In this document: positions 31,584 through 40,098 of the stretch, one piece after another
Position numbering within the stretch: the first letter of the stretch is position 1
Layout of the letters: every line of letters begins with the position of its first letter
From: Deltaproteobacteria bacterium
GTDB taxonomy: Bacteria > Desulfobacterota > Binatia > UBA12015
Reading direction: 5' to 3'
Assembly (NCBI GenBank): GCA_046583355.1
Contig: JAYGCM010000012.1
Coordinates: 33,208-97,207, forward strand
Length of the DNA: 64,000 nucleotides
Notes under the pieces: generated by a model
Seen by the model: only the letters and a program-made list of their open reading frames with translations
What the model was told of the DNA's origin: nothing
Databases searched by the model: none
Position numbers and translations under genes: made by a program

Positions 31584-32573
31584 ATGCCTCTCGACCGCTT
31601 TGAGCGCGAGATCGACTACCTGCGGATCTCGCTTACCGACCGCTGCAACCTGCGCTGCATCTATTGTATGCCGCTCACACAGGTGCCCTATGCGCCCAAG
31701 GAGGATCTCCTTTCGGCCGAGGAAATCGGTCGTGTGGTCGATGCCGCAGCGTCCGTCGGCTTCCGACGCATCCGCTTCACCGGCGGCGAGCCGACCCTGC
31801 GCCCCGACCTGGTCGAAATCGTAGAGCGCACGGCTCGCGTCAAGCAAATCCAGGACGTCGCGCTCACCACGAACGCCATCCGCCTGCCCGATCTCGCAGC
31901 CCCCCTGCGCGCCGCCGGGCTGAACCGCGTGAACGTTCATATCGACTCGCTCTCGGAGACCCGCCTGCCGAAAATCATGCGCTGGGCCGATGCCAAACTC
32001 GTGCGGGCCGGAATCGATGCCGCGCTGGCCGCCGGGCTCGCTCCGATGAAATTGAATTGCGTGGTCACCGCCGGCCACAATGAAGAAGATGTCGTCGACC
32101 TGGCGCGCCTCACGCTCAAACACGATTGGCATGTTCGCTTCATCGAACTCATGCCGCTGGGCGGCGGCGAATGCGCCGATATCTCGCGCGAACGTTTCGT
32201 GCCCACCGCCGCTACCCGCGCCCGCATCGAAGCCGCCCTCGGCCCGCTCACGGCCGTGGCCAAAAAACATCCCGCCGACGAATCCGCCAACCACCGCTTT
32301 GCCGGCGCTCCGGGCGTGGTCGGCTTCATCAGCCCGGTCTCGGCGCCCTATTGTGGCACCTGCAACCGGATGAGACTGACCGCCGATGGCCGCTTCCACC
32401 TCTGCCTGCTGCACGACGACGAGTTGGATATTCGCGCTGCCCTGCGCGCGGGTGCCTCGTGCGAGAAAATAGGGGCGACCTTGCTGCGCGCCGTCGGCGC
32501 CAAGCCGACCGGACACGCGCTGGACAAGGGAATCGCCCCACTCAAGCGCTCGATGCACCATATCGGCGGCTGA
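31584..32573 (+). CDS. moaA: GTP 3',8-cyclase MoaA
   Basis: CNLRCIYC radical SAM motif, TGGEP, RFIELMP, C..CNR.R.T..G...CL, C-terminal IGG. Confidence 0.96.
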   Translation: MPLDRFEREIDYLRISLTDRCNLRCIYCMPLTQVPYAPKEDLLSAEEIGRVVDAAASVGFRRIRFTGGEPTLRPDLVEIVERTARVKQIQDVALTTNAIRLPDLAAPLRAAGLNRVNVHIDSLSETRLPKIMRWADAKLVRAGIDAALAAGLAPMKLNCVVTAGHNEEDVVDLARLTLKHDWHVRFIELMPLGGGECADISRERFVPTAATRARIEAALGPLTAVAKKHPADESANHRFAGAPGVVGFISPVSAPYCGTCNRMRLTADGRFHLCLLHDDELDIRAALRAGASCEKIGATLLRAVGAKPTGHALDKGIAPLKRSMHHIGG

Positions 32574-32643
32574 AACCGAGTTCGCGGTAGGGACCAGGCG
32601 GGCCTGCGTCGGCTGCGCGCTCGTGCTACCAATTGGAATCGCG

Positions 32644-32892
32644 ATGGAACCCAGCAGTATTCAAGAGAAGATCGAGTCAAAGATCGAAGGCGCCAAGGCG
32701 CAGGTCCGCGACTATACAGGCACCGGCGACCATTTCGAGGTTCTGGTCATCGCAGCTGCCTTCGCGGAAAAATCCCGCGTTGAGCGCCACCAGATGGTCT
32801 ACGCCGCACTCGGCAGCGATGTCGACGGCTCGACCATCCACGCCCTGTCCCTGCAAACCCTCACGCCCGAACAAGCGGCGAACGCAGGCTGA
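32644..32892 (+). CDS. BolA-family protein
   Basis: GDHFEV.V....F....RVERHQMVY..L, IHALSL.T.TP. Confidence 0.92.
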   Translation: MEPSSIQEKIESKIEGAKAQVRDYTGTGDHFEVLVIAAAFAEKSRVERHQMVYAALGSDVDGSTIHALSLQTLTPEQAANAG

Positions 32893-32924
32893 GGCCGGCC
32901 GCCGGCCCGAAAGGATTATCCATT

Positions 32925-33242
32925 ATGTCCGATATCAATCAACGTATTCAGGAAACGATCGACGGCAACAAGATCGTGATCTACATGAAGGGCTCGCCTT
33001 CGTTCCCGATGTGCGGCTTCTCGGCCACCACCATCGAGATCTTCAACAGCTTGAGCGTCCCCTATGAGACCGTCGACGTCCTGCAGGACGGCGAGGTTCG
33101 CGAAGGCATCAAAGCGTTCTCGAATTGGCCGACGATTCCGCAGATCTATGTGGACGGCAAATTCCTCGGCGGCTGCGATATCATCCGTGAGATGCACGCC
33201 GCCGGCGAATTGAAGTCCGCCGTCGCAACCGCGCTCCAGTAG
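32925..33242 (+). CDS. grxD: Monothiol glutaredoxin Grx4
   Basis: MKG...PMCGFS, SNWPTIPQ, GGCDI. Confidence 0.95.
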   Translation: MSDINQRIQETIDGNKIVIYMKGSPSFPMCGFSATTIEIFNSLSVPYETVDVLQDGEVREGIKAFSNWPTIPQIYVDGKFLGGCDIIREMHAAGELKSAVATALQ

Positions 33243-33250
33243 CCTCGATC

Positions 33251-33289
33251 GAACGCAAGGACACCGCATCGCTGCGCTGCCTTGCGTTC
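33251..33289. terminator. Hairpin between convergent grxD and the acylase-like gene
   Basis: GAACGCAAGG ... CCTTGCGTTC perfect 10-bp inverted repeat. Confidence 0.55.
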
Positions 33290-33301
33290 AGCGCTGCCAC
33301 G

Positions 33302-35731
33302 TCAGGGAACGAGTTCGGTAAACACGCCGTCGCCTGGTTTGCCGACCGTGAACTCGTGCAATTGGCCGTCAGCAAAGAGCCCGGCCTGATCGGCAAAATG
33401 CACTGCCGAGGGCGCGCCCGCGATACCACTGGCGAGGACCAGACCCAAGGTCTTGGTCGCCGGGTCGCAGACCAGCCGCGCCGCCGCCTCTGAGGCGACC
33501 CGCAGCGGCAAGGGTGCCTGCGCAAGCCGCAGACCGGCAACGGCGCCGAGTGAGCCCAGCACCGTACGCTCCGGCAGGCGCCCGCTCTCGAAGCCTTCTT
33601 GCGCTGCCAGACGATGCTCGCGGGAAGACGAACAGGCCCGCTCCCAGGTCCATTGCATCGGATCTTCACCCAACTCGGCCGCCAACCACGCGCGGGCCGA
33701 GACCAGCGCTGCGCCAACAGCGGCCCGTTCCTCGTCTGTGGCGAGCTCGCGGCCACGCAGCGCCGCATAAGCCCGGCGCCAATCCTGAGCAAAAGACCCG
33801 AAGGTGACCTCGGGAAAGATTGCCTCGGGGAGAAAGCCGACGACCAGCACCCAGAAGAGCGCGGCCGCGCGAGAATCCGGCACGGCCGCGCCATCCCATT
33901 GTGTGAGCAAGGCGGCATCGGGCGCATCCGGGCCGAGACTCAGGGCGAGTGCCCGTGCCAAGGCCAAAGCGCCCGAGTCGGCAAGATCCCCTTGCACCAG
34001 CAGAGCCGCGTGGGTCGGCACCGACTCCTCATCAGCGAGCAGCAAATCGAGGCGCTCGCGACGATCCGGCCCCTCACCAAAGGCGAAGTCTGGCTGAGCC
34101 GAGGGACGCCCGCCACCGACGACCGCGACAGGCGCCTTGGCTTCCCCAAAGAGCGGGCGTAGGCGGCGCCATTGAGCCTCTTTATGCCAGCCGCGCACCG
34201 CGAGATCGCTGCGCTCGGTGCGATCCGGAACCGAACCCGCCAGCACGCTCGCCGTAGCTCCCTTGGCGTCACAAACCGCGAGTTCCAGCGAGACCGGCCC
34301 TGCGCCCAAGGCCGAGGCGGCGGCGCGCGCCTCCTCTACGTTCTTGGCATGCCCCAACGCGAGCCAACCGGCAACCGACGACCGCAGCGAATTCGCACCC
34401 CAGCGAATCGCGAGTTCGGGTCCCGCCTCGGCCGCCGGGCCATCCAATTGGCGCATCAATTCCGAGAAAAGCGGGCCGTTGCGGGTCTCGACTACCTCGA
34501 CCCGCAGATCCTCGCCGTCGCGCACGCGGATCAATTCATGGCGGCGTGCCAGACGTTCGCGACCCTCAGCGCCACGAAAGTTGCCGATACCGTCGAGTTC
34601 TTCCATCACGATATCAACATCGTCGACCACCAGGCCACTGCCAGCCCAAGCGATATGGGCGTTTCGGCCGGTAATAAATATCGGCGTACCAGGCAGGACC
34701 AGGCCAGCGATCGAAAAGCCGGGCGCTTCCAGATGCGCGGCCCACGCCGCACAAGGTGCTCCCGGCGCGCCCTGCAGGGTCGCAGCAAGCGTTGCACCGC
34801 CGGCCTCGCCTGGTGTGGCAAAACCGCTGACCAGCCCGGCGAAAACCTCTTCGGGAGGCGCGAGGCCTTCGGCGAGGCGGGTATCGAGCTTGGCCCAGGA
34901 CGCACGCCGCTCATCGGCCACGAGCAGCGCCGAGAGATCCAAGGGGGACGTGGCGCGAGCCACCTCGTTGCCGGCCTTCGCCACCAGAGCAGAACTCAGA
35001 AGCTTGCGAGGCCAGACCTCGCGCGAGAGTGACCACGCCCAATAGAGTTCCACGGCCAGCGAATCCGCGACAGTCCAAGGTTGGACCTCATAGTCGAGAG
35101 CCAATGCCTCCGGCGGTTGGGCATGCGCACGCGCCCCGTTGACCCCCCCGGCGTAGGCCACGAGCATTTCATGGGCGGTGCCACCGACCCGGCGCGCCGC
35201 GGCTTCGGCACGTCGTGCGATACCCGCCGTGCGCACGATCGCATCATGACGCGCCCAACCGATACCCAGGATTTCGGCCATGCGCCCGGTAGCGATGCGG
35301 CGCACGAGATCGAGTTGCCAGAGCCGATCCTGGGCGGCGCAGAAGCCCAAAGCGGCCCAGGCGTCATGCTCACGTTTCGCATCGATATGGGGCACGCCGA
35401 GCTTGTCGTGTTTGATCTTGACGGCACCAGAGAGCGCGGCGACCGTATAGCGCGGATGGTCCGGCTTGTCGGTTTTGCGGCGACGCTTTTTTTTCTTCTC
35501 CGGTTCGGCAGGCGTCGCGGCCGGCGCTACCGGGTCCGGATACGTTTGCGGACCACCACCGAAGGACGTGCCGAAACCACTGGGCCGAGCCGGCGAGTCC
35601 TCGACCCGCGAGGGCGGACTCCAGCCTCCCGCGCCAAAACCCCGGCGCCGATCTTCGCCCGACGGAGTTTCCTTGTCGGTCGCAGCCGGTGGTTCAGCTT
35701 GCCCGAGCCGGCGGAATCCCTCTTCACTCAT
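33302..35731 (-). CDS. Penicillin acylase (Ntn hydrolase S45)-family protein, probably catalytically inactive
   Basis: DKLGVPHI.A, GF..AQDRLWQLDL.RR...GRMAEILG, LPG.P....GRN.HIAW, TRNGP, HFADQ. The SNNW and NDPH motifs are missing. Confidence 0.8.
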   Translation of the reverse strand: MSEEGFRRLGQAEPPAATDKETPSGEDRRRGFGAGGWSPPSRVEDSPARPSGFGTSFGGGPQTYPDPVAPAATPAEPEKKKKRRRKTDKPDHPRYTVAALSGAVKIKHDKLGVPHIDAKREHDAWAALGFCAAQDRLWQLDLVRRIATGRMAEILGIGWARHDAIVRTAGIARRAEAAARRVGGTAHEMLVAYAGGVNGARAHAQPPEALALDYEVQPWTVADSLAVELYWAWSLSREVWPRKLLSSALVAKAGNEVARATSPLDLSALLVADERRASWAKLDTRLAEGLAPPEEVFAGLVSGFATPGEAGGATLAATLQGAPGAPCAAWAAHLEAPGFSIAGLVLPGTPIFITGRNAHIAWAGSGLVVDDVDIVMEELDGIGNFRGAEGRERLARRHELIRVRDGEDLRVEVVETRNGPLFSELMRQLDGPAAEAGPELAIRWGANSLRSSVAGWLALGHAKNVEEARAAASALGAGPVSLELAVCDAKGATASVLAGSVPDRTERSDLAVRGWHKEAQWRRLRPLFGEAKAPVAVVGGGRPSAQPDFAFGEGPDRRERLDLLLADEESVPTHAALLVQGDLADSGALALARALALSLGPDAPDAALLTQWDGAAVPDSRAAALFWVLVVGFLPEAIFPEVTFGSFAQDWRRAYAALRGRELATDEERAAVGAALVSARAWLAAELGEDPMQWTWERACSSSREHRLAAQEGFESGRLPERTVLGSLGAVAGLRLAQAPLPLRVASEAAARLVCDPATKTLGLVLASGIAGAPSAVHFADQAGLFADGQLHEFTVGKPGDGVFTELVP

Positions 35732-35741
35732 GCAATACCCC

Positions 35742-35757
35742 AGCAAACACCGTGCCC
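35742..35757 (-). promoter_or_regulatory. Candidate sigma54 (-24/-12) promoter
   Basis: Minus strand GGGCACGGTGTTTGCT matches GGCACG-N4-TTGC with correct GG-N10-GC spacing. Confidence 0.5.
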
Positions 35758-35952
35758 AAGCTTAACCAGAATTCTTCCTTGCCACAACGAGTATCATCGG
35801 AGCGGCACCTGAACCAAGTTGTGGACCTACCACCTCGCTTTGGCTAGCGTCGGCGCATCGCTCATCAAGAGGAAGAACCCGGCTCGCCGCTTCTCGAGGC
35901 TGCCTTCTCCATTTTTGGAGGAATCACTTCGCTTGCCAATTCGGCAATCGAG

Positions 35953-36558
35953 ATGGGTGAGGCCGCCGCCAGCGCCTTGGCGCCCTGGCTCGAACCACTG
36001 AGCCGCATGATCGCACCGGCAAACATACAGACTGAGCCTGCCACCCAACTGGCTCCGGCCCTGCGCGTAGCCGCGGCGGCGGACGACGACCGCCGACGCA
36101 AGACACCCGCGCGCCACGAACCCGCACCGGCCCGCCTCAGCCCAAGTCTGCCCGAACCACCCGCCGATGGTATCCTGCACATTCTTCGGCGCAGTCCCGT
36201 GCAGCTTTTTGTCTGGTTCCGACTGCCGGAAGATCAGGCCGGCCACGACCTTCTCCTGCGCGAGACGCGCGCCAGCGACGGCTCGATCACTCGCGAGTTT
36301 CCCCTCGGCCCACGCGCCACGCATTTGTATATAGATGCGCCTGAGGAAATTGATCCACGGCAGCTGCAAGTGGGCTGCTGCCGCGAGGGCCGCTTCCTCG
36401 GGTATTCAAGCGTCGCTACAATGCCGAGCAACGCACCGCCTCCGCCAGGCAAGGCGCGCTGGCGCGAGCACGGCGACAGCCCCCGCACGGACTCGCGCAC
36501 ACCACCGCGCCTGGGCCCCCTGCCTGTGATTCCGGCAGCGGGAAAGGCAGCGGAGTAG
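35953..36558 (+). CDS. Divergent DUF4912-like protein
   Basis: LHILRRSPVQLFVWF resembles the DUF4912 L.LLVRDP.WL.AYW block. Sits directly upstream of a GH57 gene, the usual context. Confidence 0.55.
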   Translation: MGEAAASALAPWLEPLSRMIAPANIQTEPATQLAPALRVAAAADDDRRRKTPARHEPAPARLSPSLPEPPADGILHILRRSPVQLFVWFRLPEDQAGHDLLLRETRASDGSITREFPLGPRATHLYIDAPEEIDPRQLQVGCCREGRFLGYSSVATMPSNAPPPPGKARWREHGDSPRTDSRTPPRLGPLPVIPAAGKAAE

Positions 36559-36565
36559 TCTGGCG

Positions 36566-38038
36566 ATGCCGACATCCGACCCCATGGGCCTCCTCGCCCT
36601 CGTCGTCCACGCCCGCGCACCCTGGGTCCGCGAAACGAATACGGACGCGCCGGCCGACGAGTCCCCGCTCTTCGCGCGCATCACCTCGACCTGCCTGCCA
36701 TTACTCGAGCGACTCACCAAACTCGCCGATGACGGCGTTCCCTATCGCCTCTCGCTCGCGCTCGCGCCGACCCTGCTGCATCAACTCGCCGACCCGCTGC
36801 TCCAACAACGCTACGGGCGCTACCTGCAAAACGCGATCGACAATGCGGACGCGGCGGAGCATTCTTCGCTCGACACCGAGGCGCGCCAGGTGGCCGAGCA
36901 CCGCCGTGACCGACTGCGCGCCTTGCGCACGCTCTGGCGCGATCGATACGACGGCTATCTGGCCGCGGCCTTCCGCGAACTCGCCCGCGGCGGCCAACTC
37001 GAGCTATTGGCGAGCGCGGCAACTGACGCCTTTTTGCCGCTACACGCCGAACGACCCAGCATCGTCCGGGCGCAGATCCGAGTCGGCATCGAGGAATTCG
37101 AGCGTTGCTTCGGCGCGGCGCCGCGCGGCTTCTGGCTTCCCGAAGGCGGCTTCTACCCCGGACTCGACGACCACCTCGCGGCTGCCGGAATCGAATATAC
37201 CGTGGTCGCTGCGCACGGATTGGCGCAAGCCGCACCGGAGATGGGCATCCACGCGCCGATCCTCTGCCCCTCGGGCCTTCTCGCATTTGCCAGCGACCCC
37301 GAGGCAGCCGAGCGCATCACCCACCCCGAGACCGGCTACGCGGCAAGGCGGTTGGGCGACCCGACGGAGGGGCGCGACAGCGAGCGGATGCTCGCGCACG
37401 CCCGTGCCCATGCCACTAATTTTGTCGCTACGCGGGCCGCAACCCTGGAGGCTCTGCGGCGCGGCGCGACACAGCCGCCGATCCTCACCGTCGCCCTCTC
37501 CGCGGACCTCCTCGGGCTGACCTGGCGCGAAGGAGGCGATTGGTTCGAGGCCGTTTTGCGCAAGGCCGCCTGGGAACAGAACTCGTTTTCCACCGCGACG
37601 CTCGGGGACGCCAGCGCAGTCCTCCGCGTGATGCAGGAAGGCTACCCGGGCGATTCCAGCCTGAGTCCGGCGGGCTACCGCGAGGCATGGCTCAGCGGCG
37701 AAAACGATTGGATCTACCCCTACCTCGACGCCGCCGCCGGCCGGATGGTCGCCGCGGCCGAGCGAATCGAGCGGCCCCGCGGGCTGGTCCTACGCGCGCT
37801 CGACCAGGCGGGCCGAGAACTCCTGCTTGCCCAATCGGCCGACTGGCCGGCCGCCATGGCCGATCCCGTCCGTGCAGCCACGGCCACGGCGAAATTCCGC
37901 CGTCACCTACAAAGCTTCCACCAACTCCTGGACGGCGTCGAAATCGACCGAGTGGACGAGACAATACTGGCCCGCACCGAGGCCAACGACAATATCTTCC
38001 CGGCCCTGGACTACCGGGTCTTTCGCCAAAGCGAATAG
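36566..38038 (+). CDS. GH57 (DUF1957) branching-enzyme-like protein, probably inactive
   Basis: PRGFWLPE, RELLLAQSADW, DNIFP.LDY are conserved. HAHLP is changed to HARAP and YDAELFGHWW to LSADLLGLTW. Confidence 0.85.
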   Translation: MPTSDPMGLLALVVHARAPWVRETNTDAPADESPLFARITSTCLPLLERLTKLADDGVPYRLSLALAPTLLHQLADPLLQQRYGRYLQNAIDNADAAEHSSLDTEARQVAEHRRDRLRALRTLWRDRYDGYLAAAFRELARGGQLELLASAATDAFLPLHAERPSIVRAQIRVGIEEFERCFGAAPRGFWLPEGGFYPGLDDHLAAAGIEYTVVAAHGLAQAAPEMGIHAPILCPSGLLAFASDPEAAERITHPETGYAARRLGDPTEGRDSERMLAHARAHATNFVATRAATLEALRRGATQPPILTVALSADLLGLTWREGGDWFEAVLRKAAWEQNSFSTATLGDASAVLRVMQEGYPGDSSLSPAGYREAWLSGENDWIYPYLDAAAGRMVAAAERIERPRGLVLRALDQAGRELLLAQSADWPAAMADPVRAATATAKFRRHLQSFHQLLDGVEIDRVDETILARTEANDNIFPALDYRVFRQSE

Positions 38039-38056
38039 AGGGGCGACCGAAGCACT

Positions 38057-38088
38057 AAAAAAGGGGCACCCTTGCGGATGCCCCTTTT
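38057..38088. terminator. Bidirectional Rho-independent terminator
   Basis: AAAAAAGGGGCA-CCCTTGCGGA-TGCCCCTTTT between convergent genes. Confidence 0.85.
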
Positions 38089-38121
38089 CGGCAAAGAATG
38101 CGGCCTCAAGGCCGTACTCGG

Positions 38122-39363
38122 TCAGGCGTCGAGGAAAGACTCCAAGCCGGCCGTACCGCAAAGATCGCGGAGCCGGGTCAGCGCCTTGGCTTCGAGTTGG
38201 CGGATGCGCTCGCGGCTCACACCGTAACGCACTCCGATCTCTTCAAGCGTCTCGACCTGGTCGTCGTCGAGCCCGAAGCGCAACCGGATAATCGCCTGCT
38301 CACGGTCCGGAAGCTCGGTAAGAACCGTCTCCAGATGCCGCGACAGGTCACCATCGACACTGCGCTGCTCAGGACGCTCGCCGCCCTCGTCGGGAATCAC
38401 CTCCGAGAGAGTCCGGTCGTCCTCATGGCCCAGCTCCATATCGAGCGAGAGCACATGGGCCGGCTCGGCCATCATTTCAAGCTGGTTCTCGTCGAGGCCA
38501 CCGGCTTCGATGATTTCCTCTTTGGTCGGCGCACGATGCAATTTGCTCTCGAGTGCCTGGGAGAGGCGACCGACCTTGCGGCGCAACTCGTGCCAATGGA
38601 CCGGCGTGCGAACCACCGAACGGTCATTATCGATCGAACGGGCGATGTATTGCCAGATCCACCAAACCGCGTAGGTCGAGAATTTGATATCCTTGCCCGG
38701 ATCGAATTTCTCGACCGCGCGCAGCAGGCCGAGCGTACCTTCCTGGATCAGATCCGGCAGCGGCAAGCCGCGACGTGCGTGTTTGCGGGCAATCGCCGCA
38801 ACCAGACGAAGGTTGGCTCGCAGCATCGAGTTGCGCGCCTGGCGATAGTGCTCAAGCCGGATGTCGAGTTCTTTGGCGAACTTCGCGACACGCTCGCGCT
38901 TCAATTTGAGTTCGCGGAGCTTGGCCGGACTGCGCGCCAAGCGACGACCGCGATCCGCCACGAGAAGAATCTCGCGCTCGCGGAACTCTTCGGTCGGACG
39001 GATCACGCCGCGGCCACGCTCGGTGAGCGTTACGTTCACGATACGAGGGTTGCGGCGCAACCAACGCACGACGGAATCGCGCGCCTTGCTGATTTCGGTG
39101 GTAAGCGTGCGCTCTTCCTCGCGGTCGAGGAGAGGCGTTTTGGCCAGATCGGCATAGAACCGGCCAAGAACATCCAAGTCGCCTACCAGCGGCTCGGAAG
39201 CCGTGGTCGCCGTCTTGCCGTTTTTAGCTGTCGTAGCAGCAGGCGCGGCCTCGGTGGCCTCGCCCTCTACCATATTATCGCCCTGAGCTGTCCCGTCCTG
39301 TACCGGCTCGGTCCACTCGGCTTCGTTCGTCCCTACACTCAAAGACGTCGTCGCACTTCGCAT
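38122..39363 (-). CDS. Alternative sigma70-family sigma factor (RpoD/RpoS-like, regions 1.2-4)
   Basis: PLL.REEE, ANLRLV..IARK, DLIQEG..GLLRAVEKFD, FSTYA.WWI, TLEEIG....VSRERIRQLE.KAL. Confidence 0.92.
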   Translation of the reverse strand: MRSATTSLSVGTNEAEWTEPVQDGTAQGDNMVEGEATEAAPAATTAKNGKTATTASEPLVGDLDVLGRFYADLAKTPLLDREEERTLTTEISKARDSVVRWLRRNPRIVNVTLTERGRGVIRPTEEFREREILLVADRGRRLARSPAKLRELKLKRERVAKFAKELDIRLEHYRQARNSMLRANLRLVAAIARKHARRGLPLPDLIQEGTLGLLRAVEKFDPGKDIKFSTYAVWWIWQYIARSIDNDRSVVRTPVHWHELRRKVGRLSQALESKLHRAPTKEEIIEAGGLDENQLEMMAEPAHVLSLDMELGHEDDRTLSEVIPDEGGERPEQRSVDGDLSRHLETVLTELPDREQAIIRLRFGLDDDQVETLEEIGVRYGVSRERIRQLEAKALTRLRDLCGTAGLESFLDA

Positions 39364-39792
39364 GGTTCTGTTCCATTCCCTCTGATTCACGGCCTCGGCA
39401 CGTGCCGTCTTTTGCGGCTCAACCGGGCTCTTTGTGCACAACGCGAACCAACCGGAACCGGTCGCTCGCCCCCTGGCGCACTACTCGAATTTCGAACAAC
39501 TACGGAGGTCGCGGCAAGGGATTGAATCCCCCATCGAACCGGACGGTAACCGCCCGTGTTCCTTCACCAGCCGCTTTTCCCCCGCAAGGAAGCCGAACAC
39601 TATCAGGATCGGAGAGCATTGAGAAGCGATGGATAATAAAATTTTCATTTTCCTGCCTCTTTTTAAAAGGGGAGCTGATACCAAGCGGGTTTCGGGCCGT
39701 TGCCTTGGAGTGAAAATCGGGCTTCAACCCATTGTATTTACTGTATTTTCAAAGAAACAACGCAAGTGCGCTATCCTCCCGACAGATTTTTC

Positions 39793-39821
39793 TTGCACCG
39801 CTCCGAAAACGGCGCTAACCA
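39793..39821 (+). promoter_or_regulatory. Candidate sigma70 promoter of the 73-aa gene
   Basis: TTGCAC-N17-TAACCA. Confidence 0.35.
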
Positions 39822-39861
39822 CCCTCTTCGGCTGCTACTGCGGTCCGGGAGAGAGAGAAAA

Positions 39862-40083
39862 ATGGCGGATTCCACCCTCAGTAAAACCGCTCGCGCATCC
39901 ACGCGAGGCAAAATCACCAAGAAGGCCTGGCACGTCTCGCGCGAGTCCGGCAAGGCCGTGAACCGCGTCAAATTGGTGAATCATCTCATCGCGGGACGCC
40001 GCACCAGCCGCATGGGCTGGATGACCGAAGACGGTCAGGTTCTCCTCGACCACCAGGTCGAGCACCGCATCCACGCCGATTAG
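39862..40083 (+). CDS. 73-aa basic hypothetical protein
   Basis: GGGAGAGAG purine-rich RBS, GC3-biased codons, MADSTLSKTARASTRGKITKKAWHVSRESG... Confidence 0.7.
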   Translation: MADSTLSKTARASTRGKITKKAWHVSRESGKAVNRVKLVNHLIAGRRTSRMGWMTEDGQVLLDHQVEHRIHAD

Positions 40084-40098
40084 CCGGTCGGCGCGGCC

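Noticed and set aside
30504..32561. Long antisense or alternative-frame ORFs (685 aa here; also 549-1868, 5828-7309, 10393-11856, 38098-39525, 40676-42328, 45786-47186, 53041-54945, 57629-59221)
   Set aside because: They shadow well-supported genes, have no motifs, and are expected from high-GC codon bias.
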